A stretch of 64,000 nt of DNA from Balanoglossus misakiensis (lineage: Eukaryota; Animalia; Hemichordata), in assembly GCA_040954595.2 (NCBI GenBank), contig CM082577.2, positions 4,030,305-4,094,304 of the forward strand, given 5' to 3'. Positions within the stretch are counted from its first letter, which is position 1, and each line of letters opens with the position of its first letter. Positions 1 through 13,310 of the stretch are shown here, piece by piece. Under the pieces are notes generated by a model. The model was not told the DNA's origin, searched no databases, and was given only the letters and a program-made list of their open reading frames with translations. Made by a program: the position numbers and the translations under genes.

Positions 1-851
1 TATTTAGTTTATATAAATCTGTGTTCTGTACCTGGTGACCTTTCACCTTGACAGATATGTGTCGTCTGCCAATCACAAGGGAGTGCTGAGATTGCTTATT
101 GTTTATTGGACATTAGATGTATTCAATCAATCTGTGTCAGATGTATAGTCAGTCCACTTCTTGACTGATACTGTACATTTTATTGCAATATATGAATGAT
201 ACTGCATCATACAGGATTTCACAGTAAGGGAAAGGCGTGCATAGTTTCATTTATATATGAACAGCCATAGACCCTAGGGTCAATGGTACAGCATTGTATT
301 TAATTGCAAGATTACCAACAAAATTTGGAGTACATTGTCCAACCTGTTTATGTCACAAAACATGGTAATTCTTTGTTTAATGTGATTATGCATATGTTAT
401 AAATCTTTGTCGTCTTTCATTACTGAAAAGACAATATTATGCTCTATTCTTCCTACTTTTCAACAATGCAACATTGTCAGAGAATTTTTTGAGGTGTGTT
501 TAACAGCTGATATTAAATTAGTCACATTTGTGTGACTGTCTGTTGTCAACTGCCATTTTCTTGCCTTCATTTGAAATCCATGTAATCACACCTTTTGATA
601 TTTATTGAAAAGACTGAATAAAGACTATTTTATTTATTCCTTGGTTATGGTATAGTTTGCTGTGTGGGCCAGTGTTTCTTTGAGCATCCTTGCAGTATTA
701 AGACAGAATGAAAAACATAGTGAAGAAAGAATTTTGTCCAGAGTGAAATCTCTGCCTGAAAAACCTTTTATATTTCCCCCATTTGCTTGGAGTGTTCAGT
801 GCAAACTAGTTGTCAAAGCATTTTCCAGACAGACTATTCAGTAATCTAGAA

Positions 852-919
852 TTGCCAAATGCAGTTACAACACAAGATGATCTGGCAAGGTGGTCTTGTG
901 TTGTCACTGCATGTGGCAA
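852..919 (+). repeat. 68-nt intronic hairpin (32-bp stem, GGCA loop)
   Basis: ttgccaaatgcagttacaacacaagatgatct pairs with aggtggtcttgtgttgtcactgcatgtggcaa with 3 mismatches and 2 G-U pairs on the + strand. Confidence 0.8.
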
Positions 920-1350
920 AAGAGTGTTTAACAGGAAAACATGTTAGCTAGAATTGAGAAAAATTCTCATGTATATCTGCATGCTGTTGACAACTGGTGA
1001 AGCACAAAATTTTGAGAAGCACAAAGGCCAATGAGGAAAAGTCCATTTGCACATCAGTTCACTTCTAAAGCAACCCAATCATCCAACTCGCTAATATGTG
1101 ATCTGATATGCACTGAAACGATCAGTCAGACCAGCCCATAGTGATAGTCAGTTTTTGGTATCAGTTTGTAGATTATTAAAATCAGAGAACATTTTTCCAG
1201 TGTTTTAAACTTTAAAAAAACCTTGCAATCAACTGCAGGATGTTATGTTACAATATATATTTAGATGTCTACAGCCAAATAAAGTATGTAATAGTAATGT
1301 CTACTTTTGAGATATATGGTATATGTATATGCACTGTTTTTTTCCAACAG

Positions 1351-4300
1351 ACTGCTGATCTAGTGAGTGCCAATGCATCAGAACACGACAAAATAACTGC
1401 CATGATGCAGCAGTCTGGTAAAGATTATGACCCTACAACGTAAGTATTTACTTCAGTGGTTGAAATTACCGGTACTGCAGATTTCTAGACCACTAGATAA
1501 ATGTTCCTGATGGTCAATGTGTACCTTTTGATCTGCAGGTATGTCAAGTCGCGCTATGCACCAGGACCACCGCCCGCCACATACGTGTGTTTCAGATGCA
1601 AGCAACCAGGCCATTACATTAAAAACTGCCCAACAAACACGGTAGGTACCGGTATTGTAAACATGTGTTGATTTGCGAAAGAAAAACTGTGACAAGCCAT
1701 CAATCAGAAAAGGAGAAGTAAGTGAACTACAAGTCCAAGGTCACTCACACTGCTACTCATTTAGCTAAACCCACCCACACATGCTTAAATTTTCATCTCT
1801 GAAAATCTGTGATATTTCTATCTTTTTATCTTGTGTGTGACGCAGGATGGCAAACAAGATGTGCGACCACCCAAGCCCAGCAGTGGTATTCCTCGGAGTT
1901 TCATGAAAACTGTGGACAGTGCGTCTCACCGCGGTGCTATGATTACATCGTCCGGCTACTATGCTGTTCCAATCATTGATGAGTAAGTACTTGTGGTTTT
2001 CGACTCCTCGGCCAGCGAACATCACATTTCCCCTCCAACACCAGTCTCTCTGTCATGTAGATTAGACATTAAACTATTCAAGAAAACAACATGGCCGACA
2101 TAGAAACTTGTAGTGTACTTATATTCTTTAGTCTCATCAGCAAGACAAAAACAAAATCTACCATGTGTGGTAGGTCTATATAATGTCCAACTTGTTTGTA
2201 TCTTGTTGCATCACACAAATGTTAGAATGATACAAAGTTTAGACAGAAAAAGGCTTGTGTGTAGGTTGGCCACTGTTCTAACACATCAACTCTATGTCTT
2301 CATGGATTTCACAGAGAAGCCTACAAAACAGAAAAGAAAGAAAAGCCACCGTTTGTTCCGGACTCCACACCGAGCCAACCCATCATGGAAGATACGACCG
2401 TGCCGTCGGAATTGCGGTGCCGGATTTGCTCCGATCTGTTGATAGACGCCGTTGTGGTGCCTTGCTGCGGGAACAGTTACTGTGATGATTGTACGTAACT
2501 ATGCAATGAGATCTGTGTCAGTGTGGAAAAATTTACACAAGAAATTGATTTAGCTTGGGATTTTTTTTGTGAACAGTGGTGCAAATACGCTGTCCACAAT
2601 TTGTTGCTACTGCGATTGGATGCTTTGCTTTGATATTCTATTCTGTGGTAACCATGCGCCTTGTTCTTGCAGGTATTCGTAATGCTTTACTGGAGACAGA
2701 TAATCATCAGTGTCCTGGCTGTGGTGAATGTGACGTGTCGCCAGACTCACTCATTGCCAATAAATTCTTAAGAAAGGTAAGTCTAAAACGGCATCATCTC
2801 TAAATGTGAAAAAACGCACCACTCTCAATATTGATTTTAATCAGATAGACAAGCTGCACGCTTTTGAACTCCCCTAAGTTTGCTTTAGTTTTATTGTAGT
2901 TATGAAAAGATTGCTCTTCACCATAGTGATAATCTTTCAGCATTTAGGGCTTTTTGAGAACTACATGTAGCATTTCCATTCACTTCAGAATTTGCACTTT
3001 CTCCCGTAAGAAAAATCGTCTCTAAGATGTCACAATTGGTTTTGTGTCGCACACAGGCCGTGATCAACTTCAGAAATGACACCGGGTACACCAAAGCGAG
3101 ACGGAAACAGGAGATGATGGGCGGTGGAAGGCCGTCGGAACCCCCCAGACCAGCTCGGCCACCACCACCGCAACAACCACCACCACCTCAACATCAACCC
3201 CAGCAGCCTCCTCCTCCGCACCTCATGAAAGCCAAGCCACCACCACTGGCGATACCCTCGACCCATCACGGGAGCGGCCACCCCATGGCGCCCGCTGGTC
3301 AGCCGAACCGGTCGCCGGACCACGGCCGACCGAGCAGACCCAGCACTCCGGTGCAAGACGAAAGACCAATCACAACCGTAACCTCTGTGCCGTTCAACAG
3401 CAGCATGCAGGTATGAAAGCAGACATCATTTTCAATTCAGTGAGATTCGCATTTGTGGGTGAATTCCATCAGTTACCCAAATGTTCCAGGCCCACTCATA
3501 TTTAACTGAAGCATTTTTGTTGTCCTTCTAGACTACGAATGTGTCAATAGTTAATCAAAACCTTGCTCCAGCAAAACACCCAGGGATCAGAGGACCCCGA
3601 CCATTGCCAAGTAAGTATGGATTGCCAAATTAACCACTGACATAAAAAAAATAGTAACAGGGGCATGGTTATCTGATCATATATGGTTCTGTAGCAGTAC
3701 ACATATAGAGTCTAGTGTCTGATGTACATGTACAATATGATGTTGTAGATTCGTGCTGCATGTATGCTTCAATGAAGAAAATCAAATGATTTTCTGTCAC
3801 TTGGTCCTGTAGATATTCCCGAGTTGAAATCAATTTGATGCCAATCCAGAAATTCTGGATGCATGGTCATTTGCATGATTAGCACATTTGACCCTAGAGA
3901 GTCTATGGTTAGCATGAGTTGGATGTTGCATGGTGGTATTAAGGTTTTCACGATGCATTTTCTACCCTTGTCTGCGTCCAGACAAGCCTTTTCCATCTGG
4001 TGTTGCAGGTCCCGCTTCGAAAACTGGGCCACCAGTACAGATCATTGGTCAGCATGGGCCGCCAACGAGAGGCCCACCACCGCCAGGAATGCACGGCCCC
4101 CAGCCCCACTACGGTGGACCACCGCCTCCTCCGCGACAGCAAGGGCCGAGACCAAGAGGACCACCGCCACATCAGCAGCAAAGACCACCACCCCCTCCTG
4201 GAATCACATCGCCCCCAGGGATGCCCCCTCCCTCGGGTATACGCCCACCCCCTCCCAGACAACACGGCCCACCACCACTAGGGTTCCGGGGACCACCAGG

Positions 4301-7188
4301 CCCCAGACATCCAGGACCAGGGCCTGGCCCTCGCCCGAGACATCCGGTGCCGCCCCCGGGAATGGGCATGCCAGGACCACCGGTTGGACCACCCCAACCA
4401 CCACTAGGCATGGGAGGACCACTGCCACCTCTGCAAGGGTTTCCTCACGGCCCTCCACGACCACCACTGCCACCACCAGGAATGATTAAACCACCACCGC
4501 CACCAGCTGCCATGCCACTCACAGAGGAGGAATTTTACAGGGAGCAAAAGAAGCTAAAGCAGTGAGTTATTCTTCCAATATCTTTATCAACACGTACAGC
4601 TTTAGCTTGCTGTTGTAAACACTTCCCTGGTCTGTCATTATCTGTATCAATATTTACTGCATGTTGCATACATGTACTTGACAACTTTGTTGTGAATTTC
4701 ACTGATGGCTTTGTCTTTGTTTCTTTTCAGAAATTTAACAGTGAAGAAATCCGATCCGATGGGCGACTTTGAAAGGCAGTTATTGGAGTACAAAATCGAA
4801 CAGGAAAAGCGAAAACAGAAGTCGGTGTCTCCCGCCCACTCGCGCTCCTCTTCGTACAGTTCGTCCTCCTACACCGGGTCGTCGAGTCGAAGCTCGCGTT
4901 CCAGTTCCTACAGCAGTCGCAGCGTCAGCAGGAGCCGAAGCTGGAGTCGCAGCCGATCTCCCCGCTACCGCAGCAGGTCCCGTTCGAGGGGGCGGTCGAG
5001 GTCTGTATCACGGTCCAGAGACAGGGGGAGGCCACGATCACGCCCGAGGTCAAGACCCAGGTCGATACCACGATCAAGGGGTAGGTCATTCTCCAGATCA
5101 CCAGTCAGAAGATATTCTTCAAGGTCACCACCACCAGCAGTGTACCCTTACCGAAGGTCGCGGTCAAGGTCTCCCTACGGAGCGTCAAGATATCCGGCCT
5201 ACAACAAACGATCACCCTCGCCCAACTACAGACAGAGGAGGATGTTGTCTCCGTCTCGCGAAGTTCCCTCGTACGATCCCAGATACGATCCCAGGTACGA
5301 CGATCCCCGGTTGGACCCGCGATACTACGACAGTCACAGATATGAACCACGCTATGATCCCAGGTATGAACAGAGATATGACAGACATGATCCAAGATAC
5401 GACCCGGCAAGATACGATCCAAGATACGACCAAGCCTATGAATCGCGGTACTACGAGGATAGATACAGAGGCGCAGCCCCGCCCGTGATGGGCGATGAAA
5501 GAGGCTGGTCACCCCAGAGACGCCGCCTTTCACCATCTGCAGTGTCATCTAGATCTGTTCCGTCCAGTAGACTTCCACCGGAGCTTACAAGGGAGAGGGA
5601 GAGGGATAGAGAGAGGGATACTCATAGAGAGAGAGATAGGGAGAGAGAAAGAGACAGAGAGAGACTGCTCAAACGCCCTGCTGCCAGAGGAAGGTCCCCT
5701 CACGAAGCCGAACCTGCGGCTAAACGGACCAGGAGCATTGAGAAAGAGTTCAGCACCAGGGACATTAAAGACAGAGAGAGACAGAAAACCAGGGAGAGGC
5801 ACAGGGAACGGAAACCCCCATCCATCAAAGAGGAGCAGAGGGAAAACACGGACGTCAGAAAGGAGAAAACAGAGAGACACAGAGAATCGAGGAGGAGGGA
5901 GAAAGTTGTGGAATCTCAAGAGAAAACCAAGTCTTCCAAAACTGAGAAGAAAGCGGCCAAAGTCGCCGGTGGCAACGATAACAATGCAGCTGCCGCCGCC
6001 GAAAAGGCGGTTCCGAAAAAGGAGAGAAAGAAGAAGAAAGAGAAGAAGAAGAAGGTGGAGAAAGGCAAGCGGGATCAGGAAGAGTCCACTGCTGGTGGTA
6101 CGGCCGAGGAGGCAGAGAATGAACAGATGGGCGTAGACGCAGAGAAGAAAGCCAAAGCCAAGAAAAAGGACAAACCCAAGAAGAGAAGGAAACATTCCAA
6201 GTCTGCGGAGGATGAAGCGGTCGATGATGAACCCAAGGCTAAGATGGCGAAGAAAGAGACTGCGCCGTCTGGTGAGTCCGGCGCCCCCGTGGTCAGTGTG
6301 GAAGCGAAAGTGGTGGAGGTCGCCAAACTGGAAAAGGTCAAGCAAGTCAAAAAGGAGGTTGAGGAAGTGGGAACTGTGAAAGAGAACATTGAAACCAAGC
6401 CTGCAAAGACTGTGAGTCCAGCCGTGGCTGCCAAGAACAGTGCGAAGGTTGAGGTCAAGGACGAACCGGATCCCAAAAGTGCAGTGAGATCCAAAGTGAA
6501 AGTTGTCGACTATTCCAGTGCGGGATCCAGCAGTCCCATCAGAATCAAGCGGCCCCCGCCGTTGGAAAGTAAAGTGGTGAAAGCGGAGGATAAAGGCAGA
6601 GAAAAGGCGACGGTCAGAGAAGAGGTTAAAGGTCAGAGACAAGTTAGACTCTCAGTGGAAAGCGAAGACGGTGCCACCCAGGAGCATTCTGGTCAGAACG
6701 ACGGCGCGAAGAGTACCGACGCGAAACCCCGCGAAGAACTGATAACGATCACCGTGCCTGTGTCCAAATGGGACAAGGATGATTACGAATCAGGATCCAG
6801 CGCGGTCGGGTCGCCGTCCGTCTCGCAGAAGAGCGAGCTCGACCTGGTGGATCAGACCGAAGCCAACTTCGAACCAGACTACAACGAGTCCAGCGAGTCG
6901 GAGAGCGAGGACGAATCCGTGAAGGGCCACTCGGACGCCGAGAAGAGCCGCAGCAGGAGTCACAGCAGCAGCAGCGGTGACACGGCCAGTCGCAGCAAGA
7001 GCGCCAGTAAGAGCCCCACCCGCAAAAGCCACAAGAAACACCGCAAACATAAGAAACATCGGAAGCACAAGAACAAGAAGAAGCGGGCGTCGGAGAAGGA
7101 AGACGAAGGTGCTACAAAAACAAAGAAGAAGAAACACAAACACAAGAAGCCCAAAAAGAAATCAAAGAGTAAACACAAGGACAAGTAG
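1351..7188 (+). CDS. RBBP6: RBBP6/Mpe1-family E3 ligase and 3'-end processing factor, partial (DWNN-domain exons upstream of window)
   Basis: GT-AG exons 1351-1439, 1539-1641, 1846-1982, 2315-2490, 2673-2776, 3057-3410, 3532-3610, 3982-4561, 4731-7188 join in frame. Zinc knuckle CFRCKQPGHYIKNC, GIPRSFM motif, KKEKPPF, RING CRICSDLLIDAVVVPCCGNSYCDDC...CPGC, ANKFLRKAVINFRNDTGYTK, then Pro-rich, RS-rich and Lys-rich regions; stop TAG at 7188. Confidence 0.95.
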
Positions 7189-8609
7189 AGATTTCTGAAC
7201 AATGTGAGATGACATAATGACCAGAATACCCACTGTGTGTGGTGTTCAGTGACAGCCCGTATAATACTCAAACTCGATGCAAGTACAATGTACCTTAGTT
7301 GCCCTTTTTGGTGAAAGACCTGACAGTCACAGATTTCATTGGGCTCCACTGTTGAGTGACAAAGATAAACAAGACAACAAACAAACATTGATGCTCATGC
7401 TATCTCATACATGGTAGTATTAAAATGTTGAGTACAGCCAGCAGTTATAGAGTGATCATACAAAACAAAACTCACTACTATATCAGTGTTCACTGGTTCA
7501 GTGACAACTTATTTACAACTGCTAATACAATGACACAGTACTTGTTATTTGAAAAAAAAGGTTGTCCGTATGATACAGTGATGAAGAGCAAAGCTTCATT
7601 GTAACGTGTACCTCAGACTAACATTTCTTATTGCACGACACAAATGATGTGTGAGAAGATGAATGAAGTGCCTCCAATGTATTCCAGGTTTTCCTGTCAG
7701 GTGAAGTGACATTTTGTCTTGTTTGGGCAAAGGTATAAATGTAAAAGAATACTAAATTGCCATCACTCAATCTGTAACCATAATTTCTAGTCTGAAATGT
7801 TACAAATTAGTACGACGCCTCTGTGTCTTGTTTCAAGTTGAGTGTCCGTTTTTTCTCACACGAATCATCTTGCAAGAAACAAAAATAGCTATCAAGCTGC
7901 CACGGAAGTAATATACTTTTGTAATTACAACATGCTGTACCTTAATTTACTTAATAATTATGTTCACTTTAAACTCAAAAAGCTGGTGATTTCAATCGAA
8001 GTATTAAAATTTGTGAAAGGGTAATAGAACACCTGACACAAAAATATTGTTTATCTGCTGCCTTTGAGGAACTGACTTTAATTTGTCGAAATGTACCGTG
8101 GAACCATCCCTGTGCAGAAGTTTAGAAAACCCACTTGCCGGATTTCGTGCACCAGCAGCTGTATAAATCAATTGCTTCCCTATGCTTTGTCAAGATTGAA
8201 TTACTCAAAAGCTGGTTTCCCTTATTCATTGTTGAGCTTTGAAATATGATTATGGTATACAGAACAACAGAATGCAGTCAGTTTTTGCTCATTCGTTTCT
8301 CTGACAGCGTATTGTTAAAAAATATTTTACAATAAGTTGGAACATTTTTGAAGATTTTTGTTTCTGACTTTCAGATAAAGCATACAAAACTTTCATGCAC
8401 GAATGTTTTAGATCGAGCAAACAGAAAGAGAGATTAACATTTTTATTTTATTTGTGACAGCATTCGATGCTGTTGTGTTATTGAGAATTATGTATATTTT
8501 GTTGTGAGTGTGAAACAGATGTTGCTAAACTTTGGGATGTTTTTTGCCCAAGGTTTTGTTTTTGTTGTCAGACAAGTCACAGTTGTTTCAATCAACCTAA
8601 GTTTCTTTC

Positions 8610-8615
8610 AATAAA
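8610..8615 (+). terminator. Candidate RBBP6 polyadenylation signal
   Basis: AATAAA about 1.4 kb after the RBBP6 stop, followed by GT-rich sequence. Confidence 0.5.
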
Positions 8616-11600
8616 GAGAGAGTAATTTGCGATATATACAGTGTCATTTAGTCAGTGTGTGTGTATATATATAAGACATAAATAATGTATGTGTGTGATG
8701 AAGTCTGTCACCATGGCAAAAAAAATGTTTAGGCAGCTATCTTGGAAACTGAGGTACAGTGTCAGTCTAAAACAAATAACAGATGTGACTCCCTCAATAG
8801 ACACCCACATTTTTTTAAAGAGAGCAACTGATTGTTGCTGTATTAAACTGACAAATATTCATGCATCTTTGGATACCTAAATCAAAATTCACTACTTTTT
8901 ACCATCAATACCGACATGGGTCTCAATTACACATTTTGTATGTTGACAATGTTGAAGACTGCCCTCTAGTGTTAATACAACCATTTCTGCCAAGAATAAT
9001 TGTGAGCTTTTTCATGGGAACCCTCACGTCAATTGGGAATGGAGTAGCTTCCCAAAGCATACAGTTACTCCTGTGAGCATTATGAAAAGTGCATTTAGTG
9101 GCATGTTAAACTCATGTGGCATGAACACAATTATCAGCATAGCAGATCCCGGACTTACATATAAACACGTACATGTGGGCACACACACACATACTGTGGT
9201 GTCACTGTACAATGCCACAGACATGTTTTGGCCAAAACCTGGTAACACACTCCCACAAAAAGACAGGCAATCCACTGATTTTATTTGAATAGACTGTACA
9301 TTTATTTATGTATGACTTTCACATGTAAATAAACGATAAATTTGCAAATTAGTAATAGTATTTACTAACTCCTACAAATTTCTCAAATTCCCTCGAAAAT
9401 TTAAACTAAATCAAAAAAGCTTGTTAATACATTTATTTGATTTACAATAAAATAGGCAGTGGCAAATAATACTTAACAATGTATGTCAACTGTCCTATCC
9501 AAAATATCAGTTTGATTTTGATCAAACATAGCAGAGAAACAACTCTGAAGTCACACGTGGTAAAAAAGGGGTCTTTGCTGGCTTTGAATGTCGATCTCTG
9601 GACACAAACAATCCTTGCTTGAATTCAAATATCTGATCACAAACAGTTTTCCCTTGCTTTGAATTCAAATTTCCAATCAAAACTCACTGGTTGCTTGTAG
9701 GATTTGCATCTTTTGTTACAAGACTGTATATGACAAACAGATACAGGACACTACTTGGTACTAGAAGTGTCAGTTTCTTTAACGAAAAAAAATAACGCAA
9801 TGAAACAAAATATTATAAAAGTGCAGATACAGAACTTTGCACAAAAAATTAACCGAAAAGCACCAGAATTATTACAAAAGACAGTAGAAGCATACTGTCA
9901 GTGCACAAAAAGAAAATATCCCAGGATATTCTGGGCAAAACTTTGTCTGTACCACCTGTGGAGATTGGCAAAGAATTTTGACTTCAGAACTATTTCTCGC
10001 TCGTCAAATAAAATCCATTTCAGAAAGCATTCAAGAGATGATTGATAAGTATTTATGAGAAAAAAAGTTAAAATAAGAAGTTGAACCCCTGTAGTAAATG
10101 AAGACAGTGTTTTCATTCCCACCTGAAACCTTCATTTTCATCTATGCTACGGCTTGCCTTTTTTTAAAAACTGGGCGATCTCTCACCATACATGCGATGA
10201 CAAATTAAATTGTGAGAGTGAGTGAGTGAATCAACACCAAAATTTAATTCCAAGAGGTATTCATTCTTAGTCCCTTGAAAGTGTGTCGGTTTTATTTGTC
10301 TTTGATCGTTTAGGTCCCAAAGAAATCATTGGACATTCACAATCAAAATTCTGTATAAAAATGTTCATGTGTTCATTGCTAACCAGATTACACAGGCAAA
10401 ACAGCACAAGTATACACCGTGATATGGCTGTTTTTAAGTTTTCTTTTTAAGAAATCCTCGTTTCGGTTTGTGTTTACATTTATCCAATTACAGCAGACAT
10501 TCAAATTACAAGCAAACTGGAAGGTCCCTGGATCTTCCAGAGAATTTTGATCACACTAAGTCTTCTAGCATCTATGTACAAACCCAGCCAAACCCAGGAT
10601 GATCTCTCAGATAATCCCGTTTTAAAAGCTTTGGTATAATTTCCAGAGAAAAATACACTTGAATTTGAGCATTTTCGCTTTGTGTTTAAGAAACAAATGC
10701 TGGATTTTATCTCTGAAAAGCACCTTAGAAAATGTGAGAGCAGGACGTTATCTTTGACAACAAATCAATCAAAATCTTTCTTTTGAAAAGGCTGCAGGAC
10801 AGTTACCAACAAGGACTCCTACCCACTAGTCACTTATGCCAACCAATCCCACAAATGGGAATTGTCGAGAGGAAGGGTGGGGTACCACCATGACGACTAT
10901 GAAAGCGCAACATATACTGATTCTGACTTTGAACTATATGGAATTATATCAGCAAGCAAATTGAGAAAATTAAACTTAGGATTTTTCCATGGCCACTATT
11001 AAACTGTAGGACTGGATCCTGAGGTGTCTTCAGTGGGAAACATCTTCAGTATACGACAGGGTTTTAAAACAAAAGTCATAAAAGTACAGATGACAGAAAA
11101 TGATGCCTTTAGATAAGAGACACTGCATGTGGGCAAAAGACACCATAGTTAACGGGGATTCATAAATGCTATAAACACCTTGAGAATAAAAAGATAAAGA
11201 AAATACACCGAAATGAGGTAAGTAGATACTAACTTAAATACAAGAACATAGAATTCAACAACCTCTTTTTTTTAAAAAGACACAAGTAGTATAAGAAAAT
11301 TATTCATCTTTCTCATGTCTTTACCTTTTTTGGAAACGCTGGTTTTCTGTAGAGAAGTACACCACACAATATGAGAAACACACTCTCCTCATTAACAGCT
11401 AGAAAAAGAAAACGAGAAAAAAGACAAAATTCTGCACCTAGTGTGCAATTTTCCAGCAGTTCCTGTGCACCATTTTCTATGATCTACAGGAACAGTTATG
11501 ATGGAAGGTTCGCACACCAATATAGGAATATCTATGAAGTTATAGAAAAGGAAATCAAATAGAAAGTGAATGATCAGAATAGGACTAGATTTTATATTTG

Positions 11601-13179
11601 CTTTTAAAACTAAATCAATGAGTTTTGAATCAGATAGAAAATGTTTTATTCCAGGTTGTTGTTTTTGTTTTGTTTTTTGAGGGAGGGGGGGGAGTTTCTT
11701 TACAAGTCCCTCATTGAATTTCACTCTATGAGTACTAAAATATGAAAACAAATTAATGTTTATTTTTACAATTTCTATGCTCTGTATTTCTGCATTTTAA
11801 CCACTTTATCCAAGCACATTCACCAGTTTGAGGGAAATTCTGACCAGCAAACAGCCACTTTCATCAAGAAATCCTGCATGCAGTGAACTACTTAGTTTGG
11901 TCTATGAAGTGGAAATTTTAAAATCAAGAGAATTGTTGGCGAAGGTGGAAAAAAAAACATTTCCCTTCAAGGACAGGATCAAAAGAAACTGATATCTGAT
12001 CTCCATTAACCATTTCAGTCTGACATAACATTAAATTCATCTGGTAACTTTTAACCAAGCAGTTACAAATAATCATAAAAAGAATAATAACCATTTATAA
12101 TGATATTAATGATAACAATAGTAACATAATGCCACAATATGCTTAATTGGGAAATTCCATACACTAGTGAAACTGATGTTTGAAATTCTGGGATGCCCTT
12201 CACCCTTTTGGTAATAATCAGCCATCTCCCACAGCAGATACTTTCTTTTAGTCAAATTAGTTCTTACAGACCCAATTTCTATTAAATAACTTGATTCATA
12301 TGTACTTTAAAAGAAAACAGGCTACATAAAAATTACAAGGAAAAGAGGTCCATTTTTGGATTTTGGAGATCGCTATGTGCAGAGGGCGGGAAGATAACAG
12401 CCAAGCATTTTCTCAGTACGCGGAACAAAAACATACTGTCCACAGTGGCAACCTTTTGCTGTTGCTTTTCAAAGAATTGGACATACAAATTTACATCCTG
12501 AACATTTCCAGCCATAAGATAACAAATCTACAGGAGTAGCTTCCACAGCAAAGAATACTGAGGATTACCACAAAAATAGCGGCAAAATTATGCAATATTA
12601 CATTGTCCACATTGATGTAGCTGACTGAATTCTCTCTGCTACAAAATCTCCATTGTTGCTTTGCTTAATCTTACAATCACATTCACATACATTTTGCATG
12701 CATGTCAGAAAATGGATGCAGACAAGCGAAATCGTGGCAACTGGAAAACTGAATGGAATCTTGCTAGAGGTTCTCTATGGAGACTCGTAACAATTTATGA
12801 GATGGAAAAAAAGCAACAGTAATTATGACTGATCAAAACATCAGTGGACATGGATGGATGTCTTCTTTACATGTTAATGATATCAATTTACAGAAAAGAC
12901 AAAATTATATATTTTGCAAAAAACTTGAGTTTGGGCTGTTTTGTTTTCAATACTATTTTGGAATGGTTATTTGGCACATAATGTTACAAAAATATTGGTC
13001 AATACTTTTAATAACACATATTCGTACGAGACACTTTGAATGAAAAGGAATTGGTCAAAAATGTTTGTTCCAGTGAGACTCCATGCTTCATTTGACTGCC
13101 ATCTCTATTTGGTCAAGTCTGGTGATGTTTGTCTTGGACTAATACTTGGTACCAGTTACTAACACAAGACATTTTACAC

Positions 13180-13310
13180 CATTCTCTATACAGATATTGT
13201 AGCTAACCTAGCTAGGGGGACTGGCCGCACCAATTTTATAGTGGCTGCCAGCCAGACACCCCTAGCTAGGTGAGAATTATCCACACGCTACAATCTCTGT
13301 ACAGAGAATG
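13180..13310. repeat. Nested inverted repeat / foldback element
   Basis: Outer arms cattctctatacagatattgtagc / gctacaatctctgtacagagaatg; inner arms acctagctagggg / cccctagctaggt. Confidence 0.7.

Noticed and set aside
5545-6642. 365-aa antisense ORF and other overlapping ORFs in 3030-7388
   Set aside because: Shadows of low-complexity Pro-, RS- and Lys/Glu-rich RBBP6 exons; no independent features.
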